Assembly (NCBI RefSeq): GCF_026571515.1
Contig: NW_026861730.1
Span: 186,001 to 250,000, forward strand
Reading direction: 5' to 3'
Length of the DNA: 64,000 nt
Source: Ruditapes philippinarum
Taxonomy: Eukaryota
Every line of letters starts with the position of its first letter. Position 1 is the first letter of the stretch. The notes below the pieces were generated by a model. The model was not told the DNA's origin. It did not search any database and worked only from the letters and a program-made list of their open reading frames with translations. Shown piece by piece: positions 35,941 to 48,353 of the stretch. Made by a program: the position numbers and the translations under genes.

Positions 35941-38676
35941 GTAAGTGTACATATGTACATATGTAGACTTGTATTTGTTAACGCTGTCTTGCATATGATA
36001 ATGTTGTCTAGTGTATGTTAATGTTGTAACCATGGAACTTTCAAGGTGACACTTTCATGCCATTCTATGACAAAGGCGCATTGTCCCAAGTAAAAGAGTG
36101 CGTTTGCCCTAAATGAGAACAAAAATTGGCGGAACTAAATAAAATGGAATTTTGAAGTAGATCAGAGGTTATGAAGTTCATGTTAGTGTATTTTTGTATA
36201 TGTTGATATAGACCTCTAGTGAAAATGTAGTCTTGTACAGTTTAATGTAAGCTTGGGCATATATACAATAAACATTTTTTATCTTCTGTTTATTAGATTC
36301 TCGTATTTTGTTCACTTTCAGCAATTGCACATTGAACATACATGTATATTTGTCGCATATTTGCTTTATCGGAAATGACTGTTTTTAATACTATAAGTAT
36401 TTTAATCTCACGAGTTTATAATAGTGAAAAATTGCTGCCACAAAATTACAAATTATTGAATTTGTTACATTGTTACGTAATATCTTTTATTTTCACTTTA
36501 TTTATTGTTCATCTCCTACAGCTTATATATTGTTCAATTGTAAAAGCGTGATTAGTTTAACGAATAACAAATGAACTTCACTCGTTATAATTCTCCGGAG
36601 CTCTGCTGAAATTTTGTAATTGCCGCAATAAATCTATCATGTTTTTGTAACATTTTCCTAAAGCGATACTTTGCTGAAATGTTACAGCACCAATATTCAA
36701 TTTAAACACCATGAAAATACCATTATAAATCTACACTCGCCTGCTTAAATGATGTCTCTTATTTTATGTAACAACATTAATTTTTTATGTAATAATATGG
36801 ATATTTTATAAGGAAAATCTTTTAAGTGCTTACAGATATAAAGTGCCGTATATATAACTATCATAATTATGTAATTTATTCTGACTACATGAAGATAAAA
36901 ATAAAGCTTCACATTTTAATTGAAACACTACTAATTCAAGTTTCGGCATTTTAAGTAAATAAGTGTCAACTATGGGTAGATTGTAATTTTGATAATTATT
37001 GAAACTAGTGATAACATTGTTGGTGCTTTCTCTTAATTATGCCGTACGCATTTTCGGTTTGATTAAAAACCCAAGTTGTAAAGTGGGTCAAAATGAATAA
37101 GATTTTCAGACACAAAACAATTTCCAATGATAAAATGTTTCTGAGTAGTACACAGTCTTATAATATTAAGAAACGACGACGACAACTACAACTACAACAA
37201 CTACTTCTACTAAAAATAATACGGTATTGTGATCAATGAATTTACAAAAGAACGTTTATAGTTCATCTTGTTTTAGATATTTTACACATGTTAATGACAT
37301 CGTCAATATGTGACATATGGGTAGATAGACTGTTTAAAAATATGTGTATCTTTTCTTTAGTTGAAGTATGTATGAGTTTTGTCTATTCCATGATCTAATG
37401 TCTATAAACATTATAACATTCTATAAGTGAGATGCTGAACGCAGTGAACTAAATTTACCTTAAGCAAACGAACTGACATGATGTGCTTTAATCTGTCTAA
37501 TTACAAATGTTATATAGACACAACAAGGAATATCTAAAAAGATCTCTGATTGAAGTCTTGATTTTGACATTTAAGTTACTAATTTTGCAATACTCCTTAA
37601 AGATGCAAGAAAGGCATTATCATAATGTTTGTCTTCACTTGTAACACAAAAAACAACAACAACAAAAAAATAACCAGTAAAGGATTGTCCAGATCATTGT
37701 GGCTTCAATGAGCTAGTGTATTTCAGTGCATCTATCTTTAGACTCAAATTAACAGCAACGGAATAAGATATATTTTCATCAGACATAACATTTTGTGACA
37801 TGGATGAATTAATGGAAGCACGCGATGCTGGACATAAATGAGATCGAAAAACAAATTTAACATTTAGTCTACATTTAGTATACATGCAATTCTTCAAAAG
37901 TCAACTGTTGTGAGGTTTTCACGTTCTTCTTCATAATGATGACTGTAAGAGAATAAATTACAAAGCATTTTGAGTGCGAGTGCTGTTATTATTCTATTTG
38001 TCAAGTGATTTATCAAACATTTTCTTTTGTAAATATTTTTGATGGTTAATATTGATACTAATATGTTTTTAGGAAAACATCTCCGATAAAGTATTTATCA
38101 CAGAGAAAATAAACAAAATATTATTTATTGCTAGCAATGGTGTAAATTAAATATATTTCAAATATCTCCGTGGCTATCATGTCAAGCAATTTTTATGTGT
38201 TTCTTTAATGTGTTTTTTTCAGATCTGGAGTGAATTGTAACAACAAACGCATCTATTTTTGAACACACTAGATCTATAGATTACAGGAAAACAGTATCAA
38301 GATATTTATTCGCGCTGATAAGGTTTAGTATAATTTTGTGCATGTTCCCACCACTTTAACGAAAATAAACAAACACAATTCTTTCACTTTTTGGTACTTG
38401 TATGTCTCGGTATGAAAATATTCATCCAATTACCAATAACTAAATATAGGGTTATAAACACTTCAGTGCCTTTTAGTATGTGTAGCCAATCAGAATCTAA
38501 AGTTTACTTGTAACATTTTGAGTTCATATATACGAGTTTGTGAAGAGCATATTAAGTGGAAAGACTACAATAATTTAAAATGTGTATTTACTCATTAGAA
38601 TATATGAAAATATTAGTAGTAAGTTCTTTTTCTCGTAAGTGCATCTGCTTATGTTTTCGAGAAAATAATTATTTTA

Positions 38677-40027
38677 AGGCCTTGTCACACTAGACTGAGC
38701 TTTTATTGCGTTTGCACGGCGTTGTTAGATTAAATAAAGCGCCGCGAGATCGCAAGAAAAATCTGATATTGTTATGACATGTAGAGTTCAGGGCGTCTTC
38801 ACGGCGTCCTCACGGCGATCATTGCGTTGCTACGGAGATTCCATGGCGTTGTTGTGCGTTCTAGTTGGCGATTGTCTGCGTTCAGACTGCGCTTCTACTG
38901 CGTTCTTTGCACTTTCACGGCGCTAACATGGTGCTCTTGCGGCGCTCACACTGCGCTGAAATCGTGCTTCATATACCAGCGACTCTAGTCTGACTTGTCG
39001 TGTACCTGCTGCACCTGCATGCAGGCAAGCAATATTCCAGCTTGCTGCAGTTCATAATCCATGGTTTAAAGGAGAATACTTGCAAACAAGTTTTATATAT
39101 ACAGTGAAAACCCTCTATTAAGACCACCATAGAGACTGGACTTAAGTGGTCTTAATTGCCGATGGTCTTAATTGTGGATATTAGTATCAAGGTATATATA
39201 TTTCAAGACCACTCTTTTTAAATTATTATGTATAAACATGTTTTAACAATTATATTATAACTCCCAAATATTTCTATAAACTGATGTTATAATATTTATC
39301 CTAATTAGTACATAAGTCTGAAGATATTTAACATAAAATATTAAATTTTCATACGTCTTGTTTCATGTATTAATTCACCTATTTAATAAGAAATTAATTC
39401 TTCAAAAAAGAAATGTACATACAGTAACATATAATCATTCGGAAGTTTATTTCTCACTTTTATACACTTTTTCAATCATTACAGTTTTAGCAAGTACATG
39501 CTTTAGAGAATTCAAGCAGATAGTAAATCTGATTAGGTATTGACAAGAGTTTCAGCTGTCTCAATAGTATTGTAAGATAAATAAAACAATGGATTAGGCC
39601 TGAAACTGATGATAAAGTGTTAACATTCAGATAAAGAACAGAAAATTCCGTTCTTTTCAAAATTTATCTTAATAGAGGGGTGGTCTTAATTCCAGGGTGG
39701 TCTTAAAGGGATTCTACTGTACTGTATTCTGCAATTTCAAATTAACGCAGCAGATTCGCATTGAGAGCGCAATGGTCGCCGTGACAGTGCCGTGAAGTCG
39801 CAGAAAGAGCATTTTAGAAAAATAAAGATCCGTAAAAGCGCCGTACACATGCAGTATGAGCGCGGTAGAGACGCCGTACAATCTCCGTAAAAGCGCTTTT
39901 GCTAACCACGGCGTTCATTCGGCCATCCTTCTTCGCTTTCACGGCGCTCCTGTTGCGTAACTGAGTTGCTACGGCGTCCTTACTGTGATCCCATAGCGCT
40001 CTTATCAGAACGCCGAGTGACGGCGTT
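38677..40027. mobile_element. Harbinger-like non-autonomous element, right end deleted
   Basis: TTA|aggccttgtcacactag left end. Collinear with 46836-48135, then breaks into lectin exon 3. Confidence 0.8.
39102..39719. mobile_element. Tc1/mariner-pogo-like MITE nested in the Harbinger-like element
   Basis: TA|cagtgaaaaccctctattaagaccacc ... ggtggtcttaaagggattctactg|TA. Confidence 0.8.
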
Positions 40028-40873
40028 CATCTCATTTACGCAACCACAAAGGCGGTGCTTGATTACATCTAGGGCTTTCTAGANNNNNNNNNNNNNNNNN
40101 NNNNNNNNNNNNNNNNNNNNNNNNNNNNNNNNNNNNNNNNNNNNNNNNNNNNNNNNNNNNNNNNNNNNNNNNNNNNNNNNNNNNNNNNNNNNNNNNNNNN
40201 NNNNNNNNNNNNNNNNNNNNNNNNNNNNNNNNNNNNNNNNNNNNNNNNNGTTAAAATGTTCCATTGTTCTACCTAATGGAAGATGTAAAACTTTTTCCAT
40301 GTTTCTCGGGTCTGCTAACTTGATTGTGATTAACTAGTATTTTAAAACATTATAAACATAAACATACTTCTTAAAAATACCAAATGGCAAATTCACAAAC
40401 AAGAACAAATGACACACTGAAATAACATTCATCATCTTTTGGATAAATATTCATTTGAATCTTTGTTTTATAAGACTCTGAATCTTGTAGTCATTTGTTT
40501 ACAACTTTAAAACAATAGTTTAACAGCTTTGCAAAAATGATTGTCCATTAATATCTTTTACGTAAATGCTGGGGGGTGTTTTTGTTGTTGTTGTTGTTGT
40601 TATTCTCATTTTTCGTTTACAGACGATACCAAATACTGGATTGGCGGTAAGCAGTCGGCAGATGGTTCAAATACATTTGAATGTTTGTCAGGAGAAACAA
40701 TAGATGTGTCAAATGGAGGTAACCTCTGGCTGGAAGGACGACCAGCTGTGGACAGTCCAACTGATAACTATTGTATTGAAACAAAAACTTCAGGTGATGG
40801 AAAGTCTTTCGGATTATTTGACAGGCAATGCGATTATAGACATCGATTTTTCTGCGAAGTGGACATCCTTTAA
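40027..40873 (+). pseudogene. PAN-CTLD lectin copy 3 remnant (end of exon 3 + exon 4)
   Basis: 40028-40083 reads HLIYATTKAVLDYI*GFL with CAG>TAG at 40070-40072. Exon 4 at 40623-40873 is open but has FEW>FEC. Exons 1-2 absent. Confidence 0.85.
40084..40249. other. assembly gap (166 N)
   Basis: Run of N; both flanks are collinear with the exon 3/intron 3 boundary of the paralogues. Confidence 0.99.
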
Positions 40874-41339
40874 TAGCGAATATGATATAAGATTGTTTCA
40901 GAATAATTGCATGTTTAAAATATATTTGTATTTTCATTTCCTTTTTATTCTTGTTCTTGCACATTAGTCTCATATGTATAAAAATAAGAACAATGAAATG
41001 TTTGCGTTTATGGAGAGACGCATATTTTGTGCTTTGTGTGCCCAAACATTCAGACTGTGTAATTAATGCATCATGGAATTTTTTTTTCAATAAAATTCGG
41101 AGAAGTTCTACCTTACCGTTTCAGGACGACTTTTTATATCTCATTAATCTAATAAACATATTTTTCACTGAAAAAAACATGCTTTGCAAATATTCCAAAA
41201 TGTGATTACATTAATATGCTGTTTCTTATTTGTTTGGATTTTTTAATTTACAAGCGTTTAACCTTGAACGTTTGTTTTGCTTTAGTTCAAATCCCAAATA
41301 TTGTTTCTTCTGTGTTTTCTCTCTTTCGTATACGATTTT

Positions 41340-44300
41340 AACTGTTAATTTGAGTGTAAACATAGATGAACTGAAATACACAAGCTCATTGAAGTCACAT
41401 TGATCTAGACAATCCTTTACTGGTTATGTTTGTTTTTGATGTTACAAGTAAAGACAAGCATATGGAAAGTTCTTCTCATTAAGATTATGTCATTCTAGCA
41501 TCTTAAAGGAGTAATGCAAAATTAGTAGGTATAACTAAAATGTCAAAATTAAGACTTCAGTCGGAGATCTTTTCTTTATATTTTCTTTGTTTTGTCTATA
41601 TCACACTTGTAATTAGACAGATTAAAGCAAATAATGTAAATTCGTTTGTCTAATGCTTGTGGTAAAGTTAGTTAACTGCGTTTAGCATCTCAGTTATATA
41701 ATATTTACAGACATTAGATCCTGGAATAGACAAAAATCACACATACTTCAAATATAGAAAAGATACATATGCTTTTAAACACTCTATCTACCCATATGTC
41801 ACATATTGACAAGGTCAAATCTGTAAAATATAAACACTTGTTTTAATTCATAGCAGTAGCCGACGTAGCAGTAGCAGACGCAGCAGTAGCAGTCGTAGTA
41901 GTAGTCGTAGTAGAAGCAGTAGTTGCAGCAGCAGCAATAGCAGTAGCAGTAGTAGTAGTAGCAGAATCAGAAGCTACAGCAACAGCAACAGCATTTTATA
42001 ATGTTTTTTTTTGTCTCTAATAATTGTTTAAATTTTGACTTATTTTACAAATTGGGTCTTTAATCAAACCAAAATGCGTACGGCATAATTAAAAAAACAT
42101 CAACAATGTTAACACTGGTTTTAATAGTTATCAGAAATAGTGTTGCAATTTAAATGTGAAGCTATTTGTACTTACTTAAATTTTTCTTAACACAACCTGA
42201 ATAAATTATACATAATAGTTTGACATACGTTTCTTTTATATCTGTAAGTACTTAAGAGCCTTTCCTGATAAGACATTCAAATTATTACATAAACATTAAT
42301 GATGTTAACTGATATAAGAGACATCATTTAAGTAGGCGAGGGTAGATTTATTACGGTATTTTCATGGTGTTTAAAATGAATCTTGGTGTTAAACATTTCA
42401 GCAAAGTATCGCTTTAGGAAAATGTAACAAAAACATGACTGATTCATTGTCGTAATTACAAAATTTCAGCAAAGCTCTGGAGAATTATAATTAGTGACGT
42501 TTATTTATTATTCGTTAAAGTAATCACGCTTTTACAATTGAACAATAGCTAAGCCGTAGAAGATGAACGATTAATGCCGTGAAAATACTCATTATAACGT
42601 AAACAGTGTAAGAAAATCAATAATTTATCATTTTCTGGCAGCAATATTTCACTGATTATAAACGTGTCAGATTAAAATACTTATACATGTATTATAAAAA
42701 TGAATATTTACAAACAAAGTAGATACAATATATAGTTCATGTAAGTAAAACACACAATTTGCACAACATTCAGCTTGGTACAGCAAATATGCGACAAATA
42801 AATGTTCAATATGCAATTGCTTAAGGTTACAAAATACGACAATCTAATATACAGAAAATTATACGGCTTAAATTAATATGTTCATTGTATATATTAATAT
42901 GCACACATCTACAGTAACCTGTACTGCACAAGTCAACCATTACCTGTACAAGACTACCTCAACACTAGAGGCCAACATTAACATATACAAATAAATTTAA
43001 TAACTTCAGATCACCATTCACAATTCCATTTTATGTAGTTCCGCTCATTGTTTTCTCATTTAGGGCAGACACATTCTCTTACTTTGGAACCATACATCAC
43101 TGGGCATGGAATGACATGAAAGTGTCACATTGAAGGTTCCATGATTATCGCCACAATTGCATTAAAATGGACAAGTCTAAGCTAACATGTAACAACAAAT
43201 AAGATAAATCTAAATTTAATATGTATAAATCTACACTACACTAAAATGTTCAAGTCTACTTTAAAATGCACAAGACAACATTAAAATATACAAAACAACA
43301 TTAACAGTTAACATATACCAGGCAGCATAAACATATACAAGACACCATTAACAGATACAAAATAACATAAACATATACAAGACAACATTGAAATATACAT
43401 GACGTTATTAACATTGACGCCTGACACTTACTCAACGACTCCAGCATATTCACTATAGATATTTTTACAGAAAAATGCCAGAGTTAAAATACATAATTAT
43501 CCGTTGTACTAGTATATTACATTACTTTTAACACCACTTAATGTTTAAAAAAATGTTTTGAACTACATTTATATGAACTATGCTATAGGAAACGTTTGTA
43601 CATAATTATGTAGTAAGAAAAAATGAATGACAGGACTAGAGTCTTGTTTTTTCTCTTTCTACAACTCTAACGGAGATTAATGGCTTCAAACCCCGACATA
43701 ACATATCCGATTACCGTCACGGTAATGAGGCGTCTCGTGACACATTGTACTGTATAGTCCTTTATAAAAACTAGAGGTTTACTGGTACGAAACCCAGGTA
43801 GTCCTTGCATGTATCAGTGCTATTCACTGGGAATGTAAAAGAATCAAGGAATCTATTCAATAAGAGCTAGGGACTGGTACCCGGATTTCCTTGTATCTCA
43901 TAGCTGTCTCTACAGTCTGCTGAGGTAAGGACCCTACTGTAAATAAATGCTTGCACTTTCGTAGGTTATACTTGACCGCCCGGTCTAAAGAAAATCAATC
44001 AATGTAAGTGTACATATGTACATATGTAGACTTGTATTTGTTAACGTTGTCTTGCATATGATAATGTTGTCTAGTGTATGTTAATGTTGTAACCATGGAA
44101 CTTTCAAGGTGACACTTTCATGCCATTCTATGACAAAGGGCGCATTGTCCCCAAGTAAAAGAGTGCGTTTGCCCTAAATGAGAAAAAAATTGGCGGAACT
44201 AAATAAAATGGAATTTTGAAGTAGATCAGAGGTTATGAAGTTCATGTTAGTGTATTTTTGTATATGTTAATATAGACCTCTAGTGAAAATGTAGTCTTGT

Positions 44301-47300
44301 ACAGTTTAATGTAAGCTTGGGCATATATACAATAAACATTTTTGATCTTCTGTTTATTAGATTTTCGTATTTTGTTCACTTTCAGAAATTGCACATTGAA
44401 CATACATGTATATTTGTCGCACATTTGCTTTATCGGAAATGACTGTTTTTAATACTATAAGTATTTTAATCTCATGAGTTTATAATAGTGAAAAATTGCT
44501 GCCACAAAATTACAAATTATTGATTTGTTACATTGTTACGTAATATCTTTATTTTCACTTTATTTATTGTTCATCTCCTACAGCTTATATATTGTTCAAT
44601 TGTAAAAGCGTGATTAGTTTAACGAATAACAAATGAACTTCACTCGTTATAATTCTCCAGAGCTCTGCTGAAATTTGTAATTGCCGCAATAAATCTATCA
44701 TGTTTTTTGTAACATTTTCCTAAAGCTGAAATGTTACAACACCAATATTCAATTTAAACACCATGAAAATACCATTATAAATCTTCTCTCGCCTACTTAA
44801 ATGATGTCTCTTATTTTATGTAACAACATTATTTTTTTATGTAATAATATGGATATTTTATAAGGAAAATCTGTTAAGTGCTTACAGATATAAAGTGCCG
44901 TATATCTAACTATCATATGTAATTTATTCTGACTGCATTAAGATACAAAAAGCTTCACATTTTAATTGCAACACTACTAATTCAAGTTTCGGCATTTTAA
45001 GTAAATAAGTGTCAACTATGGGTAGATTGTATTTTTTGATAATTATTAAAACTAGTGATAACATTGTTGGTGCTTTTTCTTAATTATACCGTACGCATTT
45101 TCGGTTTGATTAAAAACCCAAGTTGTAAAATGGGTCAAAATGATTATCAGACACAAAACATTTTCCAATAATAAAATGTTTCTGAGTATTACATAGTCTT
45201 ATAGTATTAAGAAACGACGACGACGACGACGACGACGACGACTACAACTACAACTACTACTAAAAATAATACTGTATTGTGATCAATGAATTTAGAAAAG
45301 AACGTTTATAGTTCATCTTGTTTTAGATATTTTACACATGTTAATGACATCGTCAATATGTGACATATGGGTAGATAGAGTGTTTAAAAACATGTGTATC
45401 TTTTCTTTAGTTGAAGTATGTATGAGTTTTGTCTATTCCATGATCTAATGTCTATAAACATTATAACATTATATAACTGAGATGCTGAACGCAGTGAACT
45501 AACTTTACCTTAAGCAAACGAACTGACATGATGTGCTTTAATCTGTCTAATTACAAATGTGATATAGACACAACAAGGAATATTTAAAAAGATCTCTGAT
45601 TGAAGTCTTGATTTTGACATTTAAGTAACTAATTTTGCAATACTCTTTAAAGATGCAAGAAAAGAATGGCATTATCTTAACGAGTTAACCTGTCCATGTG
45701 TTATCTTTACTTGAAACATCAACCCCCCCCCCCCCCCGAAAAAAAAACAACCCAAAAAACCCCAAAACACACAAAACAACAACAAAAACCATAACCAGTA
45801 AAGGATTGTCCAGATCGTTGCGGCTTCAATGAGCTAGTGTATTTCAGTGCATCTATCTTTACACTCAAATTAACAGCAACGGTATAAGATATGTTTTCAT
45901 CAGACATAACATTTTGTGACATGGAAGAATTAATGGAAGCACGCGATGCTAAAAAATTCCTGGGACATTAATGAGACCGAAAAACAAATTTAACATTTAG
46001 TCTACATTTAGTCTACATGCAATTCTTCAAAAGACAACTGTTGTGAGATTTTCACGTCCTTCTTCATAATGATGACTGTAAGAAAATAAATAACAAAGCA
46101 TTCTGTGTGCGAGTACTGTTATTATTCTATTTGTCAAGTGATTTATCAAACATTTTCTTTTGTAAAGACTTTTGATGGTTAATTTTGATACTAATATGTT
46201 AAGGAAAATATCTCCGATAAAGTATTTATCACAGTGAAAATAAACAAAATATTATTTATTGCTAGCAATGGTGTAAATTAAATATATTTCAAATATCTCC
46301 GTGGCTATCATGTCAAGCATGTTTTATGTGTTTCTTTAATAATGTGTTTCATTTATGTGTTTCTTTCAGATCTGGAGCGAATTGTAACAACAAATGCATC
46401 TATTATTGAACACACTAGATCTATAATTTACAGGAAGACATGATCAAGATATTTATTCGCGGTGATAAGGTTTAGTATAATTTTGTGCATGTGCCCACCG
46501 CTTTAACGAAAATATACAAACTCAATTCTTTCATTTTTTTGGTACTTGTATGCCTCGGTATGAAAATATTCATCCAATTACCAATAACTAAACATAGGGT
46601 TATAAACACTTCAGTGCCTTTTAGTATGTGTAGACAATCAGAATCTAAAGTTTACTTGTAACATTTCGAAAACGCATCGAGTTCATATATACGCGTTTGT
46701 GAAGAGCATATTAAGTGGAAAGACTACAATAATTTAAAATGTGTATTTACTGATTAGAATATATGAAAATATTAGTAGTAAGTTCTTTTTATCGTAAGTG
46801 AATCTGCTAATGTTTTCGAGAACATAATTATTTTAAGGCCCTGTCACACTAGACTGCGCTTTTACTGCGTTTGCACGACGTTGTTAAATTTAATAAAGCG
46901 CCGCGAGATCGCAAGAAAAATCTGATATTTTATGACATGTAGAGTTCAGGGCGTCTTCACGGCTTCTTACGACGATCATGGCGTTGCAACGGAGCTTCCA
47001 TGGCGTTGTTGTGCGTTCTAATTGGCGATTGTCTGCGTTCGGCCTGCACTTCTACTGCGTTCTTTGCGCTTTCACGGCACTCACATGGTGCTCTTGTGGC
47101 GCTCACACTGCGCTGAAATCGTGCTTTATATAGCAGCGACTCTTGTCTGAATTGCGTACTGTCTGTCTGTCGCGTACCTGCTGCACCTGCATGCAGGCAA
47201 TCCCTATTCCAGCTTGCTGCCGTTCATAAGTAATGTTTTAAAGGACATTTACTTGCAAACACGTTTTATATATACAGTGAAAACCCTATATTAAGACCAC

Positions 47301-48135
47301 CAAAGGGACTGGACTTAAGTGGTCTTAATTGCCGGTGGTCTTAATTGTGGATATTATTATCAAGGTATATATATTTCATGACCACTCTTTTTGAATTATT
47401 ATGTATAAACATGTTTAACATAAAATATTAAATTTTCATACGTCTTGTTTCATGTATTAAGTCACCTATTTAATACGAAATTAATTCTTCAAAAAATAAA
47501 TGTACATACAGTAACATATAATCTTTCGGAAGTTTATTTCTCACTTTTATACAATTTTTCAATCATAACAGTTTCAGCAAGTACATGCTTAAGAGAAATC
47601 AAGCAGATGAATATATCTGATTAGGTATTTACTGGAATATCAGCTGTCTCAATAGTGGGGTAATATAAATATAACAATGGATTGGGCCTGAAACTGATGA
47701 TCTTTAAAGTGTTAACATTCAGATAAAGAACAGAAAATTCCGTTTTTTTTCAAAATTTATCTTAATAGAGTGGTGGTCTTAATTCAAGGATGGTCTTAAA
47801 TAGGGATTCTACTGTACTGTATTCTACAATTTCAAATTAACGCAGCAGATTCGCATTGAGAGCGCAATGGTCGCCGTGACAGTGCCGTGAAGTCGCAGAA
47901 AGAGCATTTTATAAAAATAAATTTCCGTAAAAAGCGCCGTGCACACGCAGTATGAGCGCGGTAGAAACGCCGTACAATCTCCGTAAAAGCGCTTTTGCTA
48001 ACCACGGCGTCAATTCGGCGACCCTTCTTCGCTTTCACGGCGCTCCTGTTGCGTTGTAGGAGATGCTTCTGAGTTGCAACGGCGTCCTTACTGTGATCCC
48101 ACAGCGCTCTTATCAGAACGCCGAGTGACGGCGTT
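41340..48135 (+). repeat. near-identical direct duplicate of ~33390-40027, including tail-to-tail palindrome 2 (arms ~41340-43415 and ~44005-46617)
   Basis: Continuous high similarity by eye, including the microsatellite, palindrome spacer and the transposon at the same TTA site. Confidence 0.9.
47275..47814. mobile_element. pogo-like MITE (paralogue of 39102-39719)
   Basis: TA|cagtg...actg|TA with taagaccacc/ggtggtctta repeats. Confidence 0.8.
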
Positions 48136-48353
48136 TGTATTGAGCATGCTCAAAATGCGCTCCGTTGGTCGGCGTTCTATGCGATGCCACTGCGATGCTG
48201 CGGCGATGTTGCGGCGATGTTTGCGATCTTACTACGCTCACCTCGGCGTTCTTAATTTTCTTTGGACGCCGTAAAAACGCCGTCCTAGTGTGACAGGGGT
48301 TTTAAAGCGCTTTTGCTAACCACGGCGTCCATTCGGCGATCCTTCTTCGCTTT

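Larger units (their letters stand above)
31660..38470. repeat. tail-to-tail inverted duplication 1 (arms ~31660-35530 and ~35945-38470)
   Basis: 31669 gtgtttataaccct vs 38448 agggttataaacac; 33816 tacccatatgtcacatattgac vs 37302 gtcaatatgtgacatatgggta; 34430 catttcagcaaagtatcgctttaggaaaatgt vs 36650 acattttcctaaagcgatactttgctgaaatg. Confidence 0.9.
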
